From positions 43,908 to 107,907 of the forward strand of contig JBAXKC010000005.1 of assembly GCA_037137535.1 (NCBI GenBank): a stretch of DNA of 64,000 nt, written 5' to 3'. Below are positions 9,690 through 20,600 of the stretch, piece after piece (position 1 is the first letter of the stretch; every line of letters begins with the position of its first letter). Source of the DNA: a bacterium (GTDB taxonomy: Bacteria; Cyanobacteriota; Vampirovibrionia; Gastranaerophilales; JBAXKC01). The position numbers and the translations under genes were made by a program. The notes beneath the pieces were generated by a model. That model ran no database searches. It saw only the letters and a program-made list of their open reading frames with translations, and was not told the DNA's origin.

Positions 9690-10417
9690 AGTGGTTTCTT
9701 TTTAGGTATTCCTGCCTTACGTGGATAATGAGAGGAAGTGTTCCCGACTTTCTTTATTATTAGTATATTTCTATCAGTATTTTCTATTGAATAATCTATT
9801 TGTTTTACAGACTCGCCTTTGAGGGTCTGTAAAGCTTTTTGGGCTTCGTTAAGTTCTTCTTGAGCTTCTTTTGCTTTATATGCTGCAAATATACCGTCCT
9901 TTTTAACAAATGGCAGGCAATATTCGCATAGTATATTAAGTCGACTTACTGCTCTTGCAACAGAAATATCAAATTTTTCTCTCATTTCGACAGTATGTGC
10001 CAGATCTTCCGCTCTTCCGTTTACTGTTTTAATTCGGTCTGTTAATTCTAATATTTCTGCCAATTCTTTAATAAAGTTAATTTTTTTACCAACTGAATCC
10101 ACAGCAGTTAAAGTCCATGTGTCAAATAAAATAATCAGCGGAACTCCAGGAAAACCACCACCACAGCCAATATCAATAATAGAAAGGTTCTTTTTTTCTC
10201 TAATTTCTTCATCAAGATATAAGGAAATAGAGTCTGCGAAATGCTTTGTCATAACTGTTTCATAGCTTGCATCGCTGACTATATTTGTATGTTCGTTAAA
10301 CTTATTTAAAAATTCAAAATATTTTCCGAAAAGTTCAATTTGCTTTTCGTTTAATTCAATATCAAATTCTTTTATTTTATTTATTAAAAGTTCCATAATT
10401 TTATCGTCCTTTAGCAT
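9686..10417 (-). CDS. rsmG: 16S rRNA m7G527 methyltransferase
   Basis: KHFADS, IDIGCGGGFPGVPL, ARAV, YPRKAGIPKKKPL; start may be 10396. Confidence 0.95.
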   Translation of the reverse strand: MLKDDKIMELLINKIKEFDIELNEKQIELFGKYFEFLNKFNEHTNIVSDASYETVMTKHFADSISLYLDEEIREKKNLSIIDIGCGGGFPGVPLIILFDTWTLTAVDSVGKKINFIKELAEILELTDRIKTVNGRAEDLAHTVEMREKFDISVARAVSRLNILCEYCLPFVKKDGIFAAYKAKEAQEELNEAQKALQTLKGESVKQIDYSIENTDRNILIIKKVGNTSSHYPRKAGIPKKKPL

Positions 10418-13088
10418 TCTTTATTCGTTCCATAATAATATTAAAACGAACTTCTCCTATTTCATTCATTATTTGTCTTATTTTTCGGTCAATTTTTTCA
10501 GAGCTGTCTGTAGAAATTGTAGCTCCTATGGTTTTTCTTGAGAGGATAAAGTTTTTTAGAGATTTTTCATAATCTCTTACATTTAAGAAAAAATCGCCAA
10601 GATCAAATAAGGAACCTGCAACAAGATAAATATCTTTAGAGCTTTTTGCTGATTCTAGTCCCATATTCAAATAATCAAGGGCTTTATCATTATTACCTTG
10701 GTAAATATATATATTTGCAAGTTTATTAATTGTTTTATATTCACCATCAAAGTTTTTATTTATTCTGTCAACATTTAATGATTTCTGATAAAAGTTTAGT
10801 GCATTATCAAAGTTGTTATTTTCTTCATAAATAGCCGCAATATTTGCTAATGCTTCCGCTAAGAAAATATTTTGTTCAATATTTTGAAATTCAGCACATT
10901 TTTTATAATATTCCAAAGCTTTTGAAATATTATTCATATCATCATAAACCAGAGCCAGTTTGAATGCAGTAAGAGCATATTGTTCTTTACTTTGAGCTGT
11001 TTCATTTTTTTCTGCAAATTGAAGTGATTTTAAATAATAAGTTATAGCAAGTTCAGCATTTTTCCTGTAATCATAAATCTCCGCTAATCCTGTGTATGCC
11101 TCTGATAGTATTTCATTATTCAGATTATTATTTTTGTCATTAATAACTCTTTTAAAGGCTTTTAGTGCTTCGTCATGTTTATAACTTTCGCTATAGGCAT
11201 TACCAAGCATATTATTTACTTTATTTGCGGTTATATAGTCATTTTCTTGTTGATAAAAGTCTATTGACTCATTATAATAAACCGCTGCATCTTCATATTT
11301 ATGCATTTCGGCTAAAATATCAGCTATTTGTATAGATATTTGAGCAACTTGTTTTTTATCTCCTAATGATTTTGAAAGATTTAATGCTTTTTTATATTGA
11401 TAAAAAGCTAAATCAAGTTTATGTGCTTTTTGAAACTCATCTGCTTTTTCAAGTAATTCTTTTCTTTCTTGTGTAGGTGAAATCTTTTCTTCTTGTTCGG
11501 TTGTTTGATCATTTTCTTGAAAAAATATTGGAATAATTAATTTTGACGGGTCAGTTTTTTCTCTTGATAAATCTTCATTAATAGATTCTTCTTCTAATAA
11601 TTTTTTTTCATCATCAGAAAGTTCAAAACCTAAATCATCGTCATCCATGTCTTGAATGGTTTCGATTAATTTCTTTTTGAAATTATTGTCTATATTTACT
11701 GTTTCGTTGTCTTCAAAGTTTAAGACACTTTCTTCATTTGTATTTTCAATGTTTTTACTTTGTTGTTTCTCTTGTTTATTGGGATTTTTCTGTGCAGGAG
11801 GCATTTGTGATTTTTTAAAATCATAAAATTGATTTGGAGTTGATGCCAATATATTAAAATTGGTTTTAAATTTCGTGCTTATTTTATAGTGATAATATTG
11901 TTCTGTGTGTAAAAGTTTTCGAGAAAGAGTTATTTCTCTTTCATTTATTGGTTTTGGTATTTGATTTGAGTAAAATTCATGTAAGAAATTATGAATTTTA
12001 CCTTTTTCATTTGTGGCAATATGTTTATATATAAGATTTTTAATCATAGGCTTAATGTAGTAATTACCGTTATTATCGGTTACTATCATAAGCTCTTTGA
12101 GTTTATTTATTTTGTGTTCTAAATCACCTTCCGCATTAAGTTTTTGCAGTAGGCTTATTTTTACGGGGTGTCTTAATGCTGATAAAAACCTGCATAATTT
12201 TATACAATCTTGCGGAATAATATCATATATTTTTTCTATAATATATTCTTCAAAACTTTCTTTTCTTGACGAATATTCTCCAATTAAATCAAATGGTGTT
12301 ATTTTTAAGTTTATTACACCATTTATAAACCATAATAAACTTTCAGGATAACCTCTAGTTATTTCAAAGGCCTGATAAAGTGTGTTTTCATAGCCTATTA
12401 AATTATGATCTTTAAATATTTGCAACGCATGGTTATCATCAAGGCCGCCCAGCTTTATGCGAGAACTGTTTTTCTCGTTAAGGTTAAGTCCTGATACCAA
12501 TAATTTTTGCGAAGAAATAATTAACTTAATATTTGGAAATTTAAGTAAATAGTTCAAAAACTTTGCTATTTCTTCATCGGCAAAGTTGAAATTTTTGTCG
12601 GTTAAAAACTCTAATGAGTCTATAGCTATAATTAACGGTCTTTTTAAGTTTTTTATATACTCTATAACTTTTCTATCAATGGATAAAGTTGATGAAGCTT
12701 TTATATCACGGGCAAGCTCTGTGTTTTTTTTGAAGAATTTATTCAAATAAGAATATAAAGAAACGATTATATCATCGAGATTAGTTATTTGTGAGCATTC
12801 ATAATAAAAACGTAAAATAGAATCATCAAGGCTAAGAAAAAGTGATTTTATAAATTCTGTTTTTCCTACTCCATAAAATCCATTTATAACTAAAGCTTTT
12901 CTCATCTCTGAATTTATTGTTCTGATGGCTTCTTTAAAGTGTTCATTTCGATTTATTAAAATATAAGGTGTGTTTTTATTGATATGTTTTACTTTTGCTT
13001 TGTTTAAAACGTCTAAAATTCCGTCAAATTCTTGTATTGACGGGCTAATATTGTCGGTTAATGCAGTTTTAAAGAAAGATTTTCTCAT
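10401..13088 (-). CDS. STAND-like P-loop NTPase with acidic linker and C-terminal TPR array
   Basis: Walker A GFYGVGKT, Walker B IIAIDSLE, GxP motif TRGYPESL, winged-helix-like segment, repeated TPR-like A/L/Y pattern in the C-terminal part. Confidence 0.8.
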   Translation of the reverse strand: MRKSFFKTALTDNISPSIQEFDGILDVLNKAKVKHINKNTPYILINRNEHFKEAIRTINSEMRKALVINGFYGVGKTEFIKSLFLSLDDSILRFYYECSQITNLDDIIVSLYSYLNKFFKKNTELARDIKASSTLSIDRKVIEYIKNLKRPLIIAIDSLEFLTDKNFNFADEEIAKFLNYLLKFPNIKLIISSQKLLVSGLNLNEKNSSRIKLGGLDDNHALQIFKDHNLIGYENTLYQAFEITRGYPESLLWFINGVINLKITPFDLIGEYSSRKESFEEYIIEKIYDIIPQDCIKLCRFLSALRHPVKISLLQKLNAEGDLEHKINKLKELMIVTDNNGNYYIKPMIKNLIYKHIATNEKGKIHNFLHEFYSNQIPKPINEREITLSRKLLHTEQYYHYKISTKFKTNFNILASTPNQFYDFKKSQMPPAQKNPNKQEKQQSKNIENTNEESVLNFEDNETVNIDNNFKKKLIETIQDMDDDDLGFELSDDEKKLLEEESINEDLSREKTDPSKLIIPIFFQENDQTTEQEEKISPTQERKELLEKADEFQKAHKLDLAFYQYKKALNLSKSLGDKKQVAQISIQIADILAEMHKYEDAAVYYNESIDFYQQENDYITANKVNNMLGNAYSESYKHDEALKAFKRVINDKNNNLNNEILSEAYTGLAEIYDYRKNAELAITYYLKSLQFAEKNETAQSKEQYALTAFKLALVYDDMNNISKALEYYKKCAEFQNIEQNIFLAEALANIAAIYEENNNFDNALNFYQKSLNVDRINKNFDGEYKTINKLANIYIYQGNNDKALDYLNMGLESAKSSKDIYLVAGSLFDLGDFFLNVRDYEKSLKNFILSRKTIGATISTDSSEKIDRKIRQIMNEIGEVRFNIIMERIKNAKGR

Positions 13089-13239
13089 ACTTAGAATATT
13101 TTACTAGGTAATTGTCTTTTTTTCCATAAATTATTAATATGATTGAGATTTTATAATGTGTAAAGTAATCTTAACAAATATAGCAATTATACCAATTTAG
13201 TAGTTTTTATAATTATATATAAGGAGGTAAAATCTATTT

Positions 13240-13896
13240 ATGATTAATTCAAATTATAATTCACAGGTTGCATTTGCAGGAAAAGAGAAAACAGAGAAAA
13301 AATCTGCATATCCTGAAAAACAATCTGATAATATAAAAAGAGTTGCCGTTAATACTGCTGTTACTGTAGGGACAGGGGCAGCGTTGGGTGCCGGTGCTGC
13401 TGTAGGTATAAATGAGTTTGCTGTTTCTAAAGTAACTAATGGTATTAAAGAAGTTACTGATACATTTAATAGTAAGTTTCTAAATTCAGATGTTGCAGAA
13501 AAAGTGATTTGTGAAGACTCTCATCCTATTGTTCAACTGGGAGAAAAAATTTCTGATGGATTGAGAGCAGTAAAAAACATATTTGGTTTACCAAAAAATA
13601 ATGAATTTAGAACAGGCTTTAATGATGCTCTTGAATCTGCTGCATTTGTCGGAGAAAACAGATATTACTTAAACGGTAATATCGATGAAATTGGACAGAA
13701 TGTATTACCTTTTATAAATAATTTCAGAGATGAAATGGTTAATCATATTAGAAGTTGCACAAAAAAGACTATTCTTCCTTTTGCTGCTATTGGTGCAGCA
13801 ACTGCTTTAATTCTAGGAACAGCCGGAAGTTTGACTATTCATGGAGTTAAGGATATTTTTAGAACTGATAAAAAAGAAGAAACTTCTAAAGCATAG
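13240..13896 (+). CDS. Orphan membrane protein with two Gly/Ala-rich hydrophobic helices
   Basis: AAGGAGG RBS; N-terminus MINSNYNSQVAFAG; own terminator. Confidence 0.8.
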   Translation: MINSNYNSQVAFAGKEKTEKKSAYPEKQSDNIKRVAVNTAVTVGTGAALGAGAAVGINEFAVSKVTNGIKEVTDTFNSKFLNSDVAEKVICEDSHPIVQLGEKISDGLRAVKNIFGLPKNNEFRTGFNDALESAAFVGENRYYLNGNIDEIGQNVLPFINNFRDEMVNHIRSCTKKTILPFAAIGAATALILGTAGSLTIHGVKDIFRTDKKEETSKA

Positions 13897-13919
13897 ACTT
13901 TGAAATTTAAACAAATATT

Positions 13920-13958
13920 ACTAAAAGCTTTAGTCTCTACTAAGGCTTTTAGTTTTTT
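13920..13958 (+). terminator. Intrinsic terminator
   Basis: ACTAAAAGCTTTAGT-ctct-ACTAAGGCTTTTAGT followed by T-run. Confidence 0.8.
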
Positions 13959-14003
13959 CATGGGATAATTGTATAGTCATAGTTCAATATTTGGGGAAAA
14001 GAC

Positions 14004-14813
14004 ATGACACAGAATAAAATTAAAGTTGCTGTATGCGGCGCATGTGGCAAAATGGGGCAAGAAGTAATCAGAGCCGTATTAAATGAAGCTGATTTAGAGC
14101 TTGTTGCGGCTATTGATATTCAAAATACTGGAAAAGATATCGGAGAAATTGTTAATAATACAACTTCTGGCGTAAAAGTAACTAAAGATTTAAAAGAAAC
14201 ACTTTTGAACTCTAAATCTGATGTTATAGTTGACTTTACATCACCTGAGCTTATCTATAAAAGCTCGATAACTGCTATTGAATGTGGTGTCCGTCCTGTA
14301 ATAGGTACAACAGGTTTAAGTGAAGAGCAACTTGCTGAATTAAAAAGACTTTCAGAAGAAAATAAACTTAGCGTATTAATCGCTCCTAACTTTGCAATTG
14401 GTGCGGTTTTAATGATGATGTATGCAGCTCAAGCTTCAAAATATTTTGAACATGCTGAAATTATTGAATTACATCACAATAGAAAAAAAGATGCTCCATC
14501 AGGAACAGCAATTAAAACAGCTCAATTAATGACCGAAGCTCGCAAAGAATTCAGCAAGGATAATATTCCCGAAACTGAATTTATAGAAGGCGCAAGAGGC
14601 GGAGTTACCGACTCAAATATCCATATTCACAGCGTAAGACTTCCGGGTTATATTGCCAGTCAGGAAGTTATTTTTGGAGCTATGGGACAAACCTTTACTA
14701 TCAGGCATGATTCCTTCAATAGAGAATGTTATATGCCAGGTGTAGTTTTAGCGATAAAACATGTTATGAAAAATAATGATTTTGTATATGGATTAGAAAA
14801 CATATTATTATAA
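14004..14813 (+). CDS. dapB: 4-hydroxy-tetrahydrodipicolinate reductase
   Basis: GACGKMG, VDFT, IGTTG, ELHHNRKKDAPSGTA. Confidence 0.97.
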   Translation: MTQNKIKVAVCGACGKMGQEVIRAVLNEADLELVAAIDIQNTGKDIGEIVNNTTSGVKVTKDLKETLLNSKSDVIVDFTSPELIYKSSITAIECGVRPVIGTTGLSEEQLAELKRLSEENKLSVLIAPNFAIGAVLMMMYAAQASKYFEHAEIIELHHNRKKDAPSGTAIKTAQLMTEARKEFSKDNIPETEFIEGARGGVTDSNIHIHSVRLPGYIASQEVIFGAMGQTFTIRHDSFNRECYMPGVVLAIKHVMKNNDFVYGLENILL

Positions 14814-14824
14814 GGATAAAATCT

Positions 14825-15841
14825 ATGAAAAAGCCTAATATAGCAGTTCTTGGCGCAACAGGCGTTGTAGGAAGCGAAATATTAAAAATATTATCAGAAA
14901 AAAACTTTCCGTTTGAAAATATAAAATTCCTTGCTAGTGCTAGAAGTGCAGGTAAAGATATTCAATTTAACGGTAAAACTTATAAAATTGAAGAAGCTAC
15001 TCCTGAATCATTTGAAGGAGTAAATATTGTTCTTTCTTCCGCAGGAGCAGCGACAAGTAAAGCTCTTGCTCATGAAGCAGTAAAAAGAGGGGCTGTAGTA
15101 GTTGATAATACCAGTTTATTCAGAATGGAAAAGGATGTTCCGCTTGTAATAGCAGGTGTTAATGATGAAGATTTAAGAAACCATAAAGGCATTATTGCAA
15201 ATCCTAACTGTTCTACTTCACAACTTATGCTAGCTTTAAAACCGCTTCACGATTATGCAACAATAAAAAGACTAGTAGTTAGTACATATCAGTCAGTTAG
15301 TGGTGCAGGTATAGAAGCTATTAATGAATTAACAGAAAATACTAAAGCTACGCTTGAAAATAAAAACTACGAAAATAAAGTATTTAAAAAATCTATTGGC
15401 TTTAATGTTATTCCTCAAATTGATGTTTTCCTTGACAATGGATACACAAAAGAGGAAATGAAAGTCGTAAATGAAACTAAGAAAATCCTTCACTTACCTG
15501 AAAATACTCCTATTGCTACAACAGCGGTAAGAGTTCCTGTTTATATCAGTCATAGTGAAGCTGTAAACGTAGAGTTTGAAAAAGAGCTTTCTCCTGAAAA
15601 AGCTAGAGAAATTCTCTCAACTGCTTTTGGTGTTGTAGTTGAAGACAATCCTTCAGACTTTGTATTCCCTACTCCTGTTGAAACAGCAGGAAAAGACCCT
15701 GTTTATGTAGGAAGAATAAGAAAAGATCTTTCCTGTGAAAATGGAATTGCAATGTGGGTTGTTGCTGATAATTTAAGAATCGGTGCTGCTCTCAATACTG
15801 TAAGAATTGCCGAAAAACTCGTAGAAATGGGTTTATACTAA
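14825..15841 (+). CDS. asd: Aspartate-semialdehyde dehydrogenase
   Basis: LGATGVVG, IIANPNCST, TYQSVSGAG, ADNLRIGAALN. Confidence 0.97.
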   Translation: MKKPNIAVLGATGVVGSEILKILSEKNFPFENIKFLASARSAGKDIQFNGKTYKIEEATPESFEGVNIVLSSAGAATSKALAHEAVKRGAVVVDNTSLFRMEKDVPLVIAGVNDEDLRNHKGIIANPNCSTSQLMLALKPLHDYATIKRLVVSTYQSVSGAGIEAINELTENTKATLENKNYENKVFKKSIGFNVIPQIDVFLDNGYTKEEMKVVNETKKILHLPENTPIATTAVRVPVYISHSEAVNVEFEKELSPEKAREILSTAFGVVVEDNPSDFVFPTPVETAGKDPVYVGRIRKDLSCENGIAMWVVADNLRIGAALNTVRIAEKLVEMGLY

Positions 15842-15860
15842 ATTTATAAAGGAGCTGAAA

Positions 15861-16751
15861 ATGTCTTTAAGATATAATGCCGGAGAAGTTATTACAGCAA
15901 TGGCAACTCCGTTTAATGATAAATTGGCAATTGATTTTGAAGCAGTTGAAAAACTTGTTGAACATTTAATAAATAACGGTAGTGATGCTATTTTAGTGGC
16001 AGGAACAACAGGCGAATCTCCAACTTTAACTCATGAAGAAGAGTTTGAGCTTTTATCAGTTGTAAAGTCTGTTGCAAAAGGTAGAGTTAAAGTTATTATG
16101 GGAGCAGGCTCAAATAGTACTGATACCGCTGTTGCATCTACTAAAAGAGTTACAGCAATTGGCGCAGATGCTATTTTGACTGTAGTTCCATATTATAATA
16201 AACCGTCACAACGAGGACTTATCGAGCATTTTGGCGCAATTGCAAAGGCGGCGGATATTCCTATAATGCTCTACAATATACCTGGAAGAACAGGCATAAA
16301 TATGCAACCTGAAACAATTGTAAAAGTTGCTGAAGAAAATAAAAATATTTTTGCGGTAAAACAAAGCAACGCAGACCTAGATTTAGTTAGTGAAATTGCT
16401 TCAACTGCTCCCGAAGGATTTGTTGTATATAGCGGTGATGACAGCTTAACCTTACCTATGATGTCTTTAGGCGCTTATGGTGTTGTTAGTGTTGCAAGTC
16501 ATATAATTGGTAACGATATTAAAGAGATGATTTCTTGCTTTAATAGAGGTGAAAATCAAAAAGCTAGAGAAATTCACTATAAATGTTTCCCTGTATTTAA
16601 AGCTATTTTCACAGCACCAAATCCTGTGCCTATAAAAGCTTGTCTTGAAAGAATAGGAATCATGTCTGATAATGTGAGATTACCGCTTGTTTCTCTGTCA
16701 AATGAGGAAAAAGCTGTTCTTCTTAAAGTTATCGAGCAATTTGAAGGCTAA
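15861..16751 (+). CDS. dapA: 4-hydroxy-tetrahydrodipicolinate synthase
   Basis: GTTGESPTL, PYYNKP, LYNIPGRTG, SGDD, NPVPIK. Confidence 0.97.
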   Translation: MSLRYNAGEVITAMATPFNDKLAIDFEAVEKLVEHLINNGSDAILVAGTTGESPTLTHEEEFELLSVVKSVAKGRVKVIMGAGSNSTDTAVASTKRVTAIGADAILTVVPYYNKPSQRGLIEHFGAIAKAADIPIMLYNIPGRTGINMQPETIVKVAEENKNIFAVKQSNADLDLVSEIASTAPEGFVVYSGDDSLTLPMMSLGAYGVVSVASHIIGNDIKEMISCFNRGENQKAREIHYKCFPVFKAIFTAPNPVPIKACLERIGIMSDNVRLPLVSLSNEEKAVLLKVIEQFEG

Positions 16752-16776
16752 TAATTTAAAAATAATTTTGTGAATT

Positions 16777-16802
16777 TACCCCGTACTTTAATATACGGGG
16801 TA
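16777..16802 (+). terminator. Intrinsic terminator-like hairpin after dapA
   Basis: TACCCCGTA-8nt-TACGGGGTA. Confidence 0.7.
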
Positions 16803-16885
16803 TTCTATTGTAAAAGCTTATTATTGACAATTTTTAATGTATAATTTATTGCCGAGGCTATAAAAACAGATAAAAGGTAAACTAG

Positions 16886-17605
16886 ATGAATAGATATAAC
16901 CGAAATATTTTAATGATTGAAGAGAGCGGACAACAAAAACTTTTAAATTCAAAAATATTAATTGCAGGTGCAGGTGGATTGGGTTCAACTGTCATTGTAA
17001 ATCTTGCCTCTTTGGGTATAGGAAAATTAGGCATAATTGATAATGACAAATTAGATATTACTAATCTTAACAGGCAATATATTCATAAATTTGAAAATAT
17101 CGGCAAAGATAAAGTTGACTCTGCTGAAGAGTGGATTAAGTCTTTTAACCCTGATATTGAAGTAGAAAAATTCAAATTAAGACTAAATGAAGATAATGCG
17201 GAAAGTATTATTTCAAAATTCGATCTTGTAATTGATTGTTTTGATTCTTATGCGTCAAAATTCATATTAAATGACATTTGTAATAAACTGAAGAAACCGC
17301 TTATTCATGGCGGTGTAATGGAATATAGCGGTCAAGTTCTAACAATTTTTCCTGAAAAATCAGCATGTTTAAGGTGTATTTTTCCCGATGCAAATCTTGA
17401 TGCTTATGTGGTTAAAGGAATTATAAGTCCGACAGTAAGCGTTATTGCTTCATTGCAGGCAATGGAAGCAGCTAAGGTTATTTTAGGGGAAGATAACCTT
17501 TTAATCGATAAACTTCTTACTTATAACGGCAAACTTCAAGAATTTAAGAAAATTAACCTGACCAAAAATCAGGCATGTCCTTTGTGTTCCACTTTAAAAG
17601 TATAA
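16886..17605 (+). CDS. HesA/MoeB/ThiF family E1-like adenylyltransferase
   Basis: GAGGLGS, TNLNRQ, CLRC and C-terminal CPLC zinc motifs. Confidence 0.92.
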   Translation: MNRYNRNILMIEESGQQKLLNSKILIAGAGGLGSTVIVNLASLGIGKLGIIDNDKLDITNLNRQYIHKFENIGKDKVDSAEEWIKSFNPDIEVEKFKLRLNEDNAESIISKFDLVIDCFDSYASKFILNDICNKLKKPLIHGGVMEYSGQVLTIFPEKSACLRCIFPDANLDAYVVKGIISPTVSVIASLQAMEAAKVILGEDNLLIDKLLTYNGKLQEFKKINLTKNQACPLCSTLKV

Positions 17606-17639
17606 ATGGTTGCTCTTGAATTAATCTATTAGATATAAC

Positions 17640-17675
17640 AAAAGACAAGTCTTAATTTTCAAAGACATGTCTTTT
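17640..17675. terminator. Bidirectional terminator-like hairpin
   Basis: AAAAGACAAGTCTT / AAGACATGTCTTTT (one mismatch) between convergent genes. Confidence 0.65.
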
Positions 17676-17691
17676 CTTTATTAGACAGTAG

Positions 17692-20600
17692 TTATTCCAC
17701 AGAGAAAATATCCTCTAAATCCTGATAAGTCAATGCTTTTCCTATTGATCTGTCTACAGAAATAATGGTATCTGCAATATCACGTTTTTTCTCTTTTAAT
17801 TTCATTATTTTTTCTTCAACAGAGTTTTTTGTAATAAACCTGTAAACGAAAACATTTTTGGTTTGTCCAATTCTGTAAGCTCTATCAGTTGCCTGATCTT
17901 CAACAGCAGGATTCCACCATGGGTCATAATGAATTACATAGTCGGCACCTGTTAAATTCAGACCTGTTCCGCCCGCTTTAAGACTTATTAAAAATATGGG
18001 GATGCTATCGTCATTATTGAAGTTATTTACTCTTTCGGCTCGGTCTTTTGTTGAACCGGTAAGATACTCATGTTTTATGCCTTTTTCTTCAAGCCATTCT
18101 TTAACAATATCAAGCATTTGAACAAATTGACTGAATAATAAAATTCTATGTCCCTCGCTTATGATTTCTTCGAGCATTTCTTTTAAATGTTCAAATTTAC
18201 CTGATGTTTCAATGCCTCTTTCACCTTGTTTATCAAAGAGTTTTGGATGGCAACAGATTTGTCTTAATCTTAATAGAGCGGCAAAAATAGACATTTGACT
18301 TTTTTCAATTCCGTCCTTTTGCACTTTTGCCATAAGTTCTTTTTTAGTGCTGTCAAGAACATCAAGATAAAAGTCTTTTTGTTCAGGCAACATGTGACAA
18401 TATGCAATGTTTTCAACTTTATCGGGAAGGTCTTTTGCAATATCTCTTTTCATTCTTCTAAGAATAAACGGATAAATTTGTTTTTTAAGTTTGGATTCGA
18501 CCAGCCTGTCTTCTCTCTCTTGAATTGGAACTAAATACCTTGATTTAAACTCTTTATCATCATATAAAAAGCCCGGCATTAAGAAGTCAAAAACTGACCA
18601 TAATTCGTTAATGCTGTTTTCTATCGGTGTACCTGAAAGAGCGATTCTATGTTGTGCATTAAGCTGTTTTGCCGATTGTGCGGTAATTGAATCAGAGTTT
18701 TTAATATTTTGTGATTCATCAAGAATAATAAATCTGAAATTATATTTTTTTAACTCTTCAATATCTCTTCTTAACAACGCATAACTGGTAATTATTATGT
18801 CATGCTTGTCAATTTTACCGAAAGAATCTTTTCTTGATGAGCCTGTTAAGTTTAAATATTTTAATTTTGGCGTAAATTTCTCAATCTCCGCTTCCCAGTT
18901 AAAAACAACTGAAGTCGGACAAACTACTAATGTCGGCATAAGTTTATCTTCTTCTTTCGCCTTTAGAATGAGAGCGAGAGTCTGAAGTGTTTTACCAAGA
19001 CCCATATCATCAGCAAGTATTCCGTTTAGTCCGTAATCATATAAGAACCATAACCAGTTAAGACCTTTTATCTGATATTCTCTGAGATCGGCTTTTAGAC
19101 CTTTTGGTTTGCTTATGTCTTCAAGTGTATTAAAAGATTTGATTTGTGTCCAAAATCTTTCAAATTTTTCGCTCATTTCAATTTTTACATTTTGCTCGAT
19201 TAATTCATTAACAAGACCTGCTCTATATGTTTTTATTTTATAAACGTCTTCTCCGTTTATTTTTTGAGCATCAAAACTCGTCAAACTCTTTGTAAAGTTA
19301 AGAATGAGAGCTAATGGTATTTCGACATAGCCTTTATTGTAAGCATTTATATATTTTTTTCCATGTAAAAAAGCTTGAATTACATCATCTGTAGCTATTT
19401 CAACTTCCCCTGAAATCATTTTTACAGCCATTAAGAAACTATCGGCAGATTTTTCAAAATCTAAATGTGCAGAAACTACAAGCGGTTCAGGTAATACAGT
19501 AATTAATGAAAAATCTCCTGTTTCTTCAAAAATCCAGTCATCTCCTGCTTTAGGTTTATAAAAATTATAAAAATCTACTGCATCATCGCCTTCTACTTGA
19601 AGGTTATTTGTTTGCATCGGATAAAATTTACAGGTCTGTAAAGAGTTATAAGCTTGCTGTTCATGTTTTAAATCTCTTTTTAGCCAGTATATAATTTCTT
19701 CTTCAGGTTTTTTAACTGTAACATAAGGCGTTTTATCAGCGAGTTTGCCAAAAGGAACTCTTGTGCCGTCATACTCAAATTCTAATGCCGCTTTTATTGT
19801 GTTATTTTCTAAAAGTTCCATTGTAACTATATTAGTAGGTATTTTTTGTTCTAGGTTCAGTTTGCCTAATGTTTCAGATATTTCTACAGGCATGACTTCT
19901 TTTATCTTAGGAAGTTCTTCATATATGAATTTTCCGCCGTCAGCATCCCTTATATCAGTAAAAGTGGATTTTGTTAAATAAGGAGGTAATTTCATAAGTT
20001 TGATATTTGTCGGGAATACAAATTGCTTGTATCTTCCCCATTGAGAATGTTTTGAGTAATATCTTATTTCTTCAAAAGGAAGTATTTCATCAATATCTGT
20101 TCTATGCCAATGCAAAGATAAGAGCACATTTCCAACAAGTGACACATTTACGGCCAGTTTAAGATTCAAAATATTTTGATTAAAAATAAGTCTTTTTTTA
20201 GTTACAGGATCAACAACTTCTTCAAGTTTAGAAAGTAGGTTTATTGTTTCATCAAGTAAATTAAAAGGTATAGAATAAAATTCGCTGTCTTTTTGAAATT
20301 TAGCTTTTTTATATAAGAACTGCATTACTCCAAATTCATTTTTTTGAGTTTCATTGAGTTCAAAGGTTGAACCAGGTGTTTTTTGTAATGCAATAACCGC
20401 TCTCAATAAGCTTTCTACGTCTTTTACGACTTCTTCTTTATTTCTGTCAATTATTTTTATTCCGATAAATTTAGGCTTTAACTCAGGGGCAAATAAAAAC
20501 CTGTAAGCTCCTTGAGGTGATTCTAAAGGAGGTGGAGTTTCTTCATCAAAGTCAAAAGTTTCTTCTGTTTTTTTTGTGAGATATTCCTCATAAAAATGTT

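Noticed and set aside
16824-16845. TTGACA and TATAAT upstream of the MoeB/ThiF gene
   Set aside because: Spacer is only 10 bp; the -10 may be real but the pair is not a canonical promoter. A similar 10-bp spacing at 24181 is explained by an inverted repeat of the minus-strand promoter
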